DNA of 64,000 nt, from NCBI GenBank assembly GCA_041666745.1, contig JBAYGI010000003.1:76782-140781 (forward strand). Direction: 5' to 3'. Positions 10,041 to 19,139 of this stretch are shown here, in pieces; position 1 is the stretch's first letter, and each line of letters opens with the position of its first letter. The notes under the pieces were generated by a model. It had not been told where the DNA came from and did no database searches. It saw nothing but the letters and a program-made list of their open reading frames with translations. Position numbers and translations under genes: made by a program. The DNA comes from Candidatus Magasanikiibacteriota bacterium (GTDB lineage Bacteria; Patescibacteriota; Patescibacteriia; Magasanikbacterales; GWA2-37-8).

Positions 10041-10790
10041 TTAAACTAATTTTTTTATTTTTAAAAACTCATCAAATATAACACCTGTGTCTACTTTATA
10101 ACACAAAAACTGAACACCAATATTTTTATAGAATTCTAACTCGCTATCCGAATGAAACATGCAACCAACACTCTTTCCTGTGGCACGAATAATTTTTACC
10201 ATATTTTCTAGTTCGTTCAAAACTTTTTTATTACTAGTATCACCACTAACGCCGAGAGCAACGGAAAGGTCATAAGCACCAATATACACCATGTCGATAT
10301 TATCATCGCTAATAATTTCTTTTAACATCTCAATCCCGTCTTTATCTTCAATCATGATGGCTGTTAGCAGCTCATCATTTTGCATATTTAGGTCAAATGG
10401 ACGTGCACCATAACCGCCGGCACGAATATAAGGATTAAAACTCCGATTGCCAATTGGAGCGAATTTTGCACAGTGAACAACTTTTTTTCTTTCCGCCACA
10501 GAACTGATATGCGGTACCAATATTCCAGAAGAACCAATTTCCAACGCTCTTAAAATATCTGATTCATCATTCCTAGAAACACGTATCAAAGGGCAACATC
10601 CTTCTACTTGAGCAGCCATCACCATTTGACCGGCTCGCTCAAAACTCATAGACCCGTGTTCCATATCGATTATTACAAAATCTAAACCGGCTTTAGAAAT
10701 AACATTCACAACTTCTGGTGACGGTAGTTCACACCATGTTCCTAAAATATTTTTGCCCTGAGCTAATTTTTCTTTTAAATTTTGGCGCAT
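10041..10790 (-). CDS. HpcH/HpaI-family class II (pyruvate) aldolase
   Basis: 249 aa with a TIM-barrel aldolase pattern: FVIIDMEHGSMSFERAGQMVMAAQVEGCCPLIRV...IMIEDKDGIEMLKEI...VYIGAYDLSVALG. Confidence 0.65.
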   Translation of the reverse strand: MRQNLKEKLAQGKNILGTWCELPSPEVVNVISKAGLDFVIIDMEHGSMSFERAGQMVMAAQVEGCCPLIRVSRNDESDILRALEIGSSGILVPHISSVAERKKVVHCAKFAPIGNRSFNPYIRAGGYGARPFDLNMQNDELLTAIMIEDKDGIEMLKEIISDDNIDMVYIGAYDLSVALGVSGDTSNKKVLNELENMVKIIRATGKSVGCMFHSDSELEFYKNIGVQFLCYKVDTGVIFDEFLKIKKLV

Positions 10791-10801
10791 AAAAATATGT
10801 T

Positions 10802-11812
10802 TTAATTATTTTTTGTTTTTGAGAGTTGTAAAGCCACTTCAATCACCATATCCTCTTGCCCACCAACAATATTGCGTTTACCTAATTCAGTATAAATGTC
10901 TCTGACGTCAACGTTGTATTTTTCAGCGGCACGTTTAATGGGTAAAGCGTAGAGAGAAAACACCCCTGTCAATCCACCCATCAGGCCTATCATGTCAATC
11001 TCTTGTGGTTTTTTCATAATCTTGGCGACTACTTGCTCGCTAACATCCATCATTTTATATAGATCCAAACCACTTTCAATATTCATTTTTTTTAATAAAG
11101 TGCCTAAAGCTTCCAATTGGCAATTGCCGGAGCTGGCGCCGAAACCTCTGATAGTACCATCAATAATAGTTGCACCATTTTGCAGAGCAATTAGAGAATT
11201 AGCCACGGCCATACCAAAATTATTGTGAGCATGAAAACCAACGGGAATATCCAAATGTTTTACTAAATGACTTATTGTCTCGGTTACTAATGATGGAGTT
11301 GAAGAACCGGCTGAATCCATAATAATTATACCACGAGCGCCGTAAGATTGCATTTTAACAGCTTCTTCAACTAAACGTTCTTTGGTGGTCATATGATACA
11401 TCATCAAAATTCCGTAAACTTCTTTGTTATTATCGTGCAAATATTGAATATATTGTTGAGTAGTATCAGCCTCAGTACAATGGGAACCGACACAAAATAC
11501 ATCTACCCCAATATCTATAGCTGGCTGCAAATCGTCTTTGATCGTTGCAAACCCAGGAATTAAGAACACTCCTAGTCGGGTTTTTTTTAAGGCTTTTCTC
11601 GCGACCGCTAACATTTCAGCGTCTTTGATGACAGCAAAACCCACCTGATGAGAAGATGCCCCCAAACCGTTGCCGTGGCCGACAATGACAGTATAAATTC
11701 CAGAACCATCAATTTTTTCGCAATACTCGCGAATTTGGTCAGCAGTAATTTGGTGAGAAACTGCGTGAGATCCATCTCGAAGCGTGGAGTCAAAAAATTT
11801 CAGATTATTCAT
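10802..11812 (-). CDS. 4-hydroxy-2-oxovalerate aldolase-like (DmpG/MhpE/BphI family, DRE-TIM metallolyase)
   Basis: FFDSTLRDGSHAVSHQITADQIREYCEKIDGSGIYTVIVGHGNGLGASS is the N-terminal DmpG signature. The start is reassigned to the internal ATG at 11812-11810 (MNNLKFFDSTLRDG), 2 nt after the stop of the DmpF-like gene. The 19-codon extension to 11869 is composition-atypical. Confidence 0.75.
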   Translation of the reverse strand: MNNLKFFDSTLRDGSHAVSHQITADQIREYCEKIDGSGIYTVIVGHGNGLGASSHQVGFAVIKDAEMLAVARKALKKTRLGVFLIPGFATIKDDLQPAIDIGVDVFCVGSHCTEADTTQQYIQYLHDNNKEVYGILMMYHMTTKERLVEEAVKMQSYGARGIIIMDSAGSSTPSLVTETISHLVKHLDIPVGFHAHNNFGMAVANSLIALQNGATIIDGTIRGFGASSGNCQLEALGTLLKKMNIESGLDLYKMMDVSEQVVAKIMKKPQEIDMIGLMGGLTGVFSLYALPIKRAAEKYNVDVRDIYTELGKRNIVGGQEDMVIEVALQLSKTKNN

Positions 11813-11814
11813 AT

Positions 11815-12708
11815 TTATTTGATTAGTTTGTAATACGCATATTCCTCGGCCACATGCACAGCAGCACAAGTGATAATATCTAAATTACCAGCGTAGGGTG
11901 GTAAAAAATCGCCACTACCAATTACCTGTACCATCATCACTACTCGCCCTTTATCCAATACTGGACCTAAAGTAAGTTTGTAACCAGGAATATATTTTTT
12001 TATTTCTTCAATTTTAGATTCAATTTTTTCTTTTAATAAATCAATATTTAAATTAGGTATAGTGGCATAAATAGTATTGTGCATATTAACTGGCGGTTCA
12101 GCGGGATTAAATACTAAAATTACTTTTGCCTTTTTAACTCCAGAAAATTCTTCTAGCGCGTTTTTGGTAGTCTGCATATACTCTTCAATATTGGCACGCG
12201 TACCTGCCCCCGCCGACTTGGAAGCGATACTACCGGCTACCTCAATATATTCAGTATCAGGATGCGTATCCATAATAACCTTGGCTAATGGTATGCAGGC
12301 TTGTCCTCCACAAGTGACCATATTTACATTATCAACAGCGAAAGCAATGTCTGGATTAATTGCTGGTACACACATTTGACCAATTCTCGAAGGTGTCAAA
12401 TCAATCACAAACTTACCAAGCTTCTTTAAAATTGGAGCATGCTCAAGGTGATTTTTGGCAGAGGTAGCGTCAAAAACAATCTCACAAGATTCTGGATTGT
12501 CAATAATAGCTTGAATTGAATTAGTAGAAGTGGGCACCCCCATCTCTTTTGCTCTTTTCAAACCTTGCGAATCAGCACTACGCCCAGTAAACAAACCACA
12601 AGTTAAATACTTTGATTTTTGTACTTTTAACAATAAATCACTGCCAATATTGCCTGTTCCAATAATTGCTACTTTAATTTTATTCATAAAATCCAGCTTA
12701 TTTTTCAA
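11815..12708 (-). CDS. Acetaldehyde dehydrogenase (acetylating), DmpF/MhpF family
   Basis: KVAIIGTGNIGSDLLLKVQKSKYLTCGLFTGRSADSQGLKRAKEMGVPTS closely follows the DmpF N-terminus. It is immediately upstream of, and coupled to, the DmpG-like gene (the classic dmpFG arrangement). 297 aa. Confidence 0.8.
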   Translation of the reverse strand: MKNKLDFMNKIKVAIIGTGNIGSDLLLKVQKSKYLTCGLFTGRSADSQGLKRAKEMGVPTSTNSIQAIIDNPESCEIVFDATSAKNHLEHAPILKKLGKFVIDLTPSRIGQMCVPAINPDIAFAVDNVNMVTCGGQACIPLAKVIMDTHPDTEYIEVAGSIASKSAGAGTRANIEEYMQTTKNALEEFSGVKKAKVILVFNPAEPPVNMHNTIYATIPNLNIDLLKEKIESKIEEIKKYIPGYKLTLGPVLDKGRVVMMVQVIGSGDFLPPYAGNLDIITCAAVHVAEEYAYYKLIK

Positions 12709-13774
12709 ATAAGAAAGAATTAATTTGATTATTTGTCAAATCATTCATATTTTTTGAACCGCTATAAAATTGACGATACCAATCAAACGTTAACTCTAAA
12801 CAATTTTTTAAATTTAACTGTGGTTTCCAACCCAATTCATTCGTCGCTTTTTTAATATCTAACTTGAGAATATTAGCTTCATGTTTGGCGTTGTCAGGAA
12901 CTATTTTGTATTTTCCTCGTTTCAAAATTGAAATACCGGAACGAACCAAATCTTCGACACATACAAAACCCTCTTCATACGGACCAAAATTCCAAGCGCC
13001 AGATAAGTTTTTTTTACCATTATACAAATGTTCTGCCAATAATAAATAGCCTCGAAGTGGTTCTAAAACATGTTGCCACGGTCTGATTGATTTTGGGTTT
13101 CTAATAATAACATCTTCCTGACGCTCAAAAATTGCTCGCATCATATCCGGAATCAAACGGTCTTTTGCCCAATCCCCACCTCCAATTACATTGCCAGCCC
13201 GAGCAATACCAACCAAAGTATGGTGTTTGGTACCAAAGTCAGGTGGACTAAAGAAAGAACGGATATATGAGTAGGAAACAATATCAGCGGCAGCTTTGCT
13301 GGCACTATATGGATCATACCCACCTAAAGAATCAGTTTCGCTATATGGTTCTGGTCGTTCTTTATTTTCATAAACCTTATCAGTAGTAATAATAACAGCT
13401 GATTTAACACCACCAACTTCTTTGATAGCCTGCAAAACATTGGCGGTACCGATGATATTGATATTGTAGGTAGTCAATGGATCATCATAGCTGTCGCGAA
13501 CAAGTGGTTGGGCAGCCAAATGAAATACTATTTCTGGTTTTGTTTTACTTACTATTTCTTTTAATTTTTTATAATCACAAATATCAACAAAATAGTTATT
13601 TTTTATTTGGTTGGACAATTCCAAAGTATCAAATAAATTGGGAATAGTATTGGGAGGAAGCGAAATGCCAGTAACTTCAGCACCCCAATTACATAAAATT
13701 TTAGTCAACCAAGCGCCTTTAAAACCAGAGTGACCAGTAATCAAAACTTTTTTGTGGTTATAAAAATTTATCAT
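12698..13774 (-). CDS. rfbG: CDP-glucose 4,6-dehydratase
   Basis: KKVLITGHSGFKGAWLTKILCNWGAEVTGISL...IVFHLAAQPLVRDSY...SYSASKAAADIVSY is the extended-SDR dehydratase pattern typical of RfbG/DdhB. 358 aa. Confidence 0.8.
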   Translation of the reverse strand: MINFYNHKKVLITGHSGFKGAWLTKILCNWGAEVTGISLPPNTIPNLFDTLELSNQIKNNYFVDICDYKKLKEIVSKTKPEIVFHLAAQPLVRDSYDDPLTTYNINIIGTANVLQAIKEVGGVKSAVIITTDKVYENKERPEPYSETDSLGGYDPYSASKAAADIVSYSYIRSFFSPPDFGTKHHTLVGIARAGNVIGGGDWAKDRLIPDMMRAIFERQEDVIIRNPKSIRPWQHVLEPLRGYLLLAEHLYNGKKNLSGAWNFGPYEEGFVCVEDLVRSGISILKRGKYKIVPDNAKHEANILKLDIKKATNELGWKPQLNLKNCLELTFDWYRQFYSGSKNMNDLTNNQINSFLFEK

Positions 13775-13779
13775 AATGA

Positions 13780-14460
13780 TTATCTTTTTTTCTGAATATA
13801 GTAGATGTTGCTACCATCGTACAAAACCTTTTTATATCCATACTTTGACAAAAATTGGTCATAGTTCTTTCCCTCAATACACAAGACCGAAGCACCGTAT
13901 TTAGACCAATTGTTGCCACTTAAAATTTCATTTTCAAATCCTTCCACATCCATGTTAATAAAATCTATATGGGTCAAATTATTGTCACTAAAAATCTTAC
14001 TCAGAGTTGAAACTTTAATTTTTTTAGATTGTAGATCATATTTTCTTTCATTGTATACTTTTTTAGAAAATGTGAAACCAGTACTGTCGATGAGAGTGGC
14101 GTTTGGTTTGTAATAATAATCCAACTCACCTTCTTGGCCAGCTAATCCAATATTTAAATTTATATCACGTGGTCTATCTTTTAAAAATAATAGATAATTA
14201 TCAGAATTGGGTTCTATGTTTATACCGCTCCACCCTCTTTCATAAAACTTCTTCGTTACACTTATCTTGTGTGGATTGTTGGCTCCAATATCAATATAAG
14301 ATCCAGTATCTTTAAAACCGGTAAGAATATCAATTATTTGATCTTCCTTATTTTGGGCATAAGTAATCTTATCTTTAGAGAATAAACTCACAAATAAAAA
14401 AGCAATACGGTGATAAAATTGATATAAAATCTTGTTTAAAATATTTTTAAAGTATTTCAT
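13780..14460 (-). CDS. FkbM-family SAM-dependent methyltransferase (sugar O-methyltransferase candidate)
   Basis: YIDIGANNPHKISVTKKFYERGWSGINIEPNSDNY matches the FkbM domain signature. The start is taken at the internal ATG 14460 (MKYFKNIL), 2 nt after the rfbF stop. The longer 14499 start would overlap rfbF by 37 nt. Confidence 0.65.
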   Translation of the reverse strand: MKYFKNILNKILYQFYHRIAFLFVSLFSKDKITYAQNKEDQIIDILTGFKDTGSYIDIGANNPHKISVTKKFYERGWSGINIEPNSDNYLLFLKDRPRDINLNIGLAGQEGELDYYYKPNATLIDSTGFTFSKKVYNERKYDLQSKKIKVSTLSKIFSDNNLTHIDFINMDVEGFENEILSGNNWSKYGASVLCIEGKNYDQFLSKYGYKKVLYDGSNIYYIQKKR

Positions 14461-14462
14461 AA

Positions 14463-15248
14463 TTATTTCCAAATTTTCCAAAAAGGATCTTTGTTCCACA
14501 TTTCATTTAAATCATCTGCCTCTTTTGCTGTATCCATACATTTCCAATTTCCTGAATGTTTGTATACTGATAGTTGTAATTGTTGAGACAAAGGAGAGAA
14601 AACAGATTCAATCATACTGTTTGGCGTGATTAAATCCAGTACTTGTTTTTCGAACACCATAAAACCACCATTGATATAATCTTTTGGGCGACAATCTTCA
14701 TTGTCAGTAATTTTATGTTGAAAAAAATCTACTACTTTACTGGACTCATGATGAATATTTAACATACCAAAACGAGTTGAAGGATGGATACCGGTAATAG
14801 TACCAACAGTTCCCTGTCGATTATGAAATTCCACCAACTCTTTAATGTTAATATCACTCACACCATCACCATAGGTAACCATAAAAGGCCCGTCATCTAA
14901 ATATTTTGCCGCCTGTAAAACACGTTCACCTGTCAACGAAGCTTGTCCAGTTTCTGCAAAAGTAATTTTAAAATCATCACATTCATTATTATGAAAGGTT
15001 ACTTCGTTGGTTTTAGTTGATAAAGTAAAATCATTTAATAATCCACGCCAATTCAAAAAATATTCTTTAATCATATTGCCTTTGTATCCGAGCGCTAAAA
15101 CAAATTCATTATAACCATAATGAGAATAAATTTTCATTATATGCCATAGCATTGGTTTACCGCCAATTTCCACCAAAGGCTTCGGTTTGAATTCTGTTTC
15201 CTCTTTCATGCGGGTGCCGGTGCCACCGCAAAGTATTATAGTTTTCAT
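14463..15248 (-). CDS. rfbF: Glucose-1-phosphate cytidylyltransferase
   Basis: MKTIILCGGTGTRMKEETEFKPKPLVEIGGKPMLWHIMKIYSHYGYNEFVLALGYKGNMIKEYF is near-collinear with RfbF/DdhA. 261 aa. Confidence 0.85.
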   Translation of the reverse strand: MKTIILCGGTGTRMKEETEFKPKPLVEIGGKPMLWHIMKIYSHYGYNEFVLALGYKGNMIKEYFLNWRGLLNDFTLSTKTNEVTFHNNECDDFKITFAETGQASLTGERVLQAAKYLDDGPFMVTYGDGVSDINIKELVEFHNRQGTVGTITGIHPSTRFGMLNIHHESSKVVDFFQHKITDNEDCRPKDYINGGFMVFEKQVLDLITPNSMIESVFSPLSQQLQLSVYKHSGNWKCMDTAKEADDLNEMWNKDPFWKIWK

Positions 15249-15285
15249 ATTTTTATGATTATTAATTTTCTAATTTAAATTATTA

Positions 15286-16284
15286 TTAAGCGCTTGCATT
15301 AATATTTTTTCGAGAATCCCTAATTAACTTAATAAAACTGTTTGGTACAAAAAATATTATCACTGCCAACAATAAATAGAAGGGCGAACAATAGAATTCA
15401 TCAATCATCATCTTTAAATCATTCATTTTACAATTGAGGCCGTTGGCCTTGGCTCTTAGTAGCATGAGGATTAATTTTTTTGGAAATGAAGACAATATTT
15501 GATTAACATAATTTATATTATAACCAAAACTCGGTAGTTTTTTAAGTATTCTATTCCAATTGATAAAATAATAAAACTCTGTACCACCCTTAATCCAATC
15601 ACACGATTGCATAGTGGAAACTAACGAAGCGCCATTGTGTTCGAACGGTAAATTGGATTGAGCGATCATTTTTAGTGCAATTTCATAGTATGACCAACCT
15701 ACAAAATATCCTGTTCTATCTACATCTAGCCACATTTGTCTATTAAAAATCATAGACGACAACAAACCAATACAATAATTTTTTGCAAAAAATTCATTGT
15801 GTGCTTTTGGCGCGAAATGTTCGACATTTTCCAGATAATTTCTCTTTTTGTATACAGTCGCCATATCAACAAACTTCTCAGTTTGTACAGTATATAGGGC
15901 GAGAATATTATTTTTCAAATATTTAACTAGATAATCCAAAGCACCGTTAAGGATAAAATCATCGTCGCCAATAATCCAAGCGTACTTGCCGTTTGAATTA
16001 ACAACAGACTCTATATAATTTGCGTCACAACCAAGATTTTCTTTATTTATAAAATATGTAATATTGGAATATTGTTTGATAAACTTTTCAACAACTAATC
16101 TAGTATTATCTGTACTAGCATTATCAGAAACGACAATTTCTATTTCCGATAATAAATCTGGGTTTTTACCAATCTGCGCAAAAATAGTACTCAAACACTG
16201 GTCGAGATTGTTGGCACGGCAATAGGTAGGTATACAGATACTTAATGTTGGTTGATTTGACATAATTTCTTTTACAGTTTTCAT
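15286..16284 (-). CDS. GT2-family glycosyltransferase
   Basis: LSICIPTYCRANNLDQC...EIVVSDNASTDNT...AWIIGDDD motifs. Confidence 0.7.
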   Translation of the reverse strand: MKTVKEIMSNQPTLSICIPTYCRANNLDQCLSTIFAQIGKNPDLLSEIEIVVSDNASTDNTRLVVEKFIKQYSNITYFINKENLGCDANYIESVVNSNGKYAWIIGDDDFILNGALDYLVKYLKNNILALYTVQTEKFVDMATVYKKRNYLENVEHFAPKAHNEFFAKNYCIGLLSSMIFNRQMWLDVDRTGYFVGWSYYEIALKMIAQSNLPFEHNGASLVSTMQSCDWIKGGTEFYYFINWNRILKKLPSFGYNINYVNQILSSFPKKLILMLLRAKANGLNCKMNDLKMMIDEFYCSPFYLLLAVIIFFVPNSFIKLIRDSRKNINASA

Positions 16285-16287
16285 TAA

Positions 16288-17211
16288 CTAACGCCTCAGA
16301 GCCGACTTAATGGTTTTAATAATATTTTCAACTGATAGACCGGCTTGGGAACGCATAAACTCTTGTGACCCAACAACCGAATAATAAAGATCAGGAACTC
16401 CCAAACGTTTAAAACGACCCTTAAAACCCAATTCACATAGCTCTGCACCGACCGTGGTTCCAAATCCACCAATTATATTCCCCTCTTCTAGGGTTATTAT
16501 AAAGTTACTTTGATTAGCTAATTTAAGCAACCGTCCTCTATCAAGAGGTTTGATGGTATTGAAATAAATTAGTCCAATATCAATACCTTCATTAATTAAT
16601 TGTTGAACAGCGATATAAGCACTATTAACAATCGTGCCAATACACAATAACATTACATCATTGCCAGATTTTATAATTGAGCTAACGCCCAACTTAGCAG
16701 GTTCCTCATGTAGCCATGATAACGATGGATCACCACCTTTACTAAGACGAAGATAACACGGTCCAGCTGAGGACACGATCTGCGAAATGAGCTGAGCGGA
16801 TTGAATGGCGTCGGCAGGTACAACTATTCTCATGTTCGGCAATGATTGCATAACTGCTATATCTTCGATAGCATGATGAGTTACTCCAGCAGAACCATAA
16901 GTATACCCAGCACCAACACCAATTATAGTAACATCTAAATTTTGATAACAAACGTCAACTTTAATCTGTTCTAAACATCGCAAGGTTACAAACGGCACAA
17001 TAGAATAAACAAAAACTTTTTTTCCAGACAAGGCTAGCCCTGCCGCCAAGCCTATCATATTTTGTTCAGCAATACCAACATTGATAAACTGTTTGGGAAG
17101 TTCTCTTTGAAAATTTTCTACTACAGAGTAACCTAAATCTCCAATTAGTAAAATAATATTGGGATTCTTTTTAGCCTCCTCAAATATGTTGTTTATGACA
17201 GTGTTTCTCAT
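16288..17211 (-). CDS. Transketolase, C-terminal (pyrimidine-binding plus C-terminal domain) subunit of a split transketolase
   Basis: GDLGYSVVENFQRELPKQFINVGIAEQNMIGLAAGLALSGKKVFVYS. 307 aa. Confidence 0.8.
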   Translation of the reverse strand: MRNTVINNIFEEAKKNPNIILLIGDLGYSVVENFQRELPKQFINVGIAEQNMIGLAAGLALSGKKVFVYSIVPFVTLRCLEQIKVDVCYQNLDVTIIGVGAGYTYGSAGVTHHAIEDIAVMQSLPNMRIVVPADAIQSAQLISQIVSSAGPCYLRLSKGGDPSLSWLHEEPAKLGVSSIIKSGNDVMLLCIGTIVNSAYIAVQQLINEGIDIGLIYFNTIKPLDRGRLLKLANQSNFIITLEEGNIIGGFGTTVGAELCELGFKGRFKRLGVPDLYYSVVGSQEFMRSQAGLSVENIIKTIKSALRR

Positions 17212-18026
17212 ATGCTATCCAATTCTCTAATGGCCATATCCAATTCCAATTGATTAGGGCTCTTATAATGCCATTCTACTTTATTCTCCATAAAGGAGAC
17301 CCCTTTACCCTTAATGGTGTTCGCCAACAAGAGTTTTGGATTTTTGTTTTTTGAACTATTTAAAATCGCAAATGATCTTTCTATTTCTTCAAAATTATGA
17401 CCAGAGACTTCAACTACCTCCCACCCAAAAGCCTGCCAACGTTCCGCCATATTTTCAAAATTCATTATAGTACCTGAAAATCCCATTCCCTGTTGTTTGT
17501 TATAATCAACGATCGCTACTAAATTATTCAATTGATGGTGTTTGGCAAACATGGCCGCCTCCCATACCGAACCTTCGTTACATTCTCCATCTCCCATGAG
17601 ACAATAAAAACGTCGATTATTGTTGTCACCTGCCTTGGCCGCCCAAGCCATGCCAGCGGCCATTGATAAGACATGCCCCAATGAACCAGCTGTATTTTCG
17701 ACACCTGACAAGCAATTTATGGTTACATGATTGGCCAAAACTGTTCCATCTTTACCAAATGTATCTAAAATTTTTGAAGAAACAAAACCGAACTCTGCCA
17801 AAACAGCATACAAAGCAACAGCTGCGTGACCTTTACTAAGCATAAAAATATCGCGATTAGGATCTTGCGGTGCAGTTGCTTTGATATTTAAAATTCTACT
17901 ATATAGAACCACTAACAAATCCACAATACTAAAACAGGAGCCAATGTGCGAAGATTTGCTTCTACTCAGTATTTCTAAAATATTTTTCCTAATAATTTTC
18001 GACCTTTGATGTAAATCATTTTCCAT
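17208..18026 (-). CDS. Transketolase, N-terminal (ThDP-binding) subunit of a split transketolase
   Basis: HIGSCFSIVDLLVVLY...LSKGHAAVALYAVLAEFGF...GDGECNEGSVWEAAMFAKHHQLNNLVAIVDYNKQQ. 4-nt overlap with the C-terminal subunit gene. Confidence 0.8.
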   Translation of the reverse strand: MENDLHQRSKIIRKNILEILSRSKSSHIGSCFSIVDLLVVLYSRILNIKATAPQDPNRDIFMLSKGHAAVALYAVLAEFGFVSSKILDTFGKDGTVLANHVTINCLSGVENTAGSLGHVLSMAAGMAWAAKAGDNNNRRFYCLMGDGECNEGSVWEAAMFAKHHQLNNLVAIVDYNKQQGMGFSGTIMNFENMAERWQAFGWEVVEVSGHNFEEIERSFAILNSSKNKNPKLLLANTIKGKGVSFMENKVEWHYKSPNQLELDMAIRELDSI

Positions 18027-18027
18027 A

Positions 18028-19104
18028 TTAGCTCAAAAAACTTTCAATGGTTCTTTTAAATCCTGTTTTAATATCGAACACCGGTTCCCATCCTAACTGT
18101 TTTATTTTTTCAATCGATGGGCAAGAAATATTAAATTCACTGGCAAGATAATAATCATTCTGTTCCCTGATCTTCACAACAACCTTTAGTTTTTTTTCTG
18201 GATACAACCCAACTATCAAATTAGCTAAGTCTCTAATTGATAAAGCGGCGCGTGGATTGCCTAAATTATAGACTTCGCCTGCCTGTCCCTTTAATAATAC
18301 TGACAAAGCACCCACAACAAAATCAGCCACATAACAAAAAGCCCTAACATTTTTACCGTCACTTTTTAACACTAAATCACGGTTGTCAATTACATCAGAA
18401 ACAAAATCGGCGAAAACGCGCCCATCATCTAACGCAAAACCGGGGCCATAAGTATGAAACGGCCTAATAATATTGACAGGAAGGGCATATTGTTGAAACC
18501 ACGATAAACACAAAGTTTCTCCGGCGCGTTTACCTTCAGCATAACACGAACGAATCTTGGCTGGGTCAATTTTACCCACATCGTTTTCTTTAATCAAACT
18601 TCCACCATCGCCCATTGTTCCATATATTTCCGAGGAGCTAAAAAAAAGAAAATTTTTAATTTTTTTTAAAGCACCCTCTGCTAGTAAATTATATGTACCA
18701 AGCACATTTGGCAAAAAAGTTCCAACCGGATCAGTATAATAATATTTTGGGCTGGCCTGACTAGCGGCATGAATCACATAATCAATATTATCATCGGGTA
18801 AAGATAGTGGTACACAAACATCTTGTACAATTATTTTAAGATCCTCCCTATCCTTATAATGTGCAAACCGCTTAAGTGCTTTATCCTTATTTCTGACCAA
18901 TGCAATAACTTTTAATTTTGAAAATAATTTTTTTTCATTCAAATATAATAGCGCCCCCACTATGTATGACGGTAAAAAACCATTTGCGCCGGAAATTAAT
19001 ATCGTACTACCTGCCAGTTTGTCCCATGGCAAATTAGCATCCGTAATAAATTTTAGGTCTTCCTCAATAATAATATTTCTCATAATTACTAAGAATTCAT
19101 ACAA
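18028..19104 (-). CDS. NAD-dependent epimerase/dehydratase-family SDR (NDP-sugar modifying)
   Basis: ILISGANGFLPSYIVGALLYL Rossmann motif, downstream YAEGKRAGE (YxxxK). 358 aa. Confidence 0.7.
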   Translation of the reverse strand: MYEFLVIMRNIIIEEDLKFITDANLPWDKLAGSTILISGANGFLPSYIVGALLYLNEKKLFSKLKVIALVRNKDKALKRFAHYKDREDLKIIVQDVCVPLSLPDDNIDYVIHAASQASPKYYYTDPVGTFLPNVLGTYNLLAEGALKKIKNFLFFSSSEIYGTMGDGGSLIKENDVGKIDPAKIRSCYAEGKRAGETLCLSWFQQYALPVNIIRPFHTYGPGFALDDGRVFADFVSDVIDNRDLVLKSDGKNVRAFCYVADFVVGALSVLLKGQAGEVYNLGNPRAALSIRDLANLIVGLYPEKKLKVVVKIREQNDYYLASEFNISCPSIEKIKQLGWEPVFDIKTGFKRTIESFLS

Positions 19105-19139
19105 TACTGCGAACAGCTATTCGAAAAAAAATAATATTT

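Noticed and set aside
11813-11869. 19-codon N-terminal extension of the DmpG-like gene (MCCCACGRGICVLQTNQIN)
   Set aside because: It is Cys-rich and compositionally odd, and it overlaps the 3' end of the DmpF-like gene. The internal ATG at 11812 gives the canonical DmpG N-terminus with a 2-nt intergenic gap.
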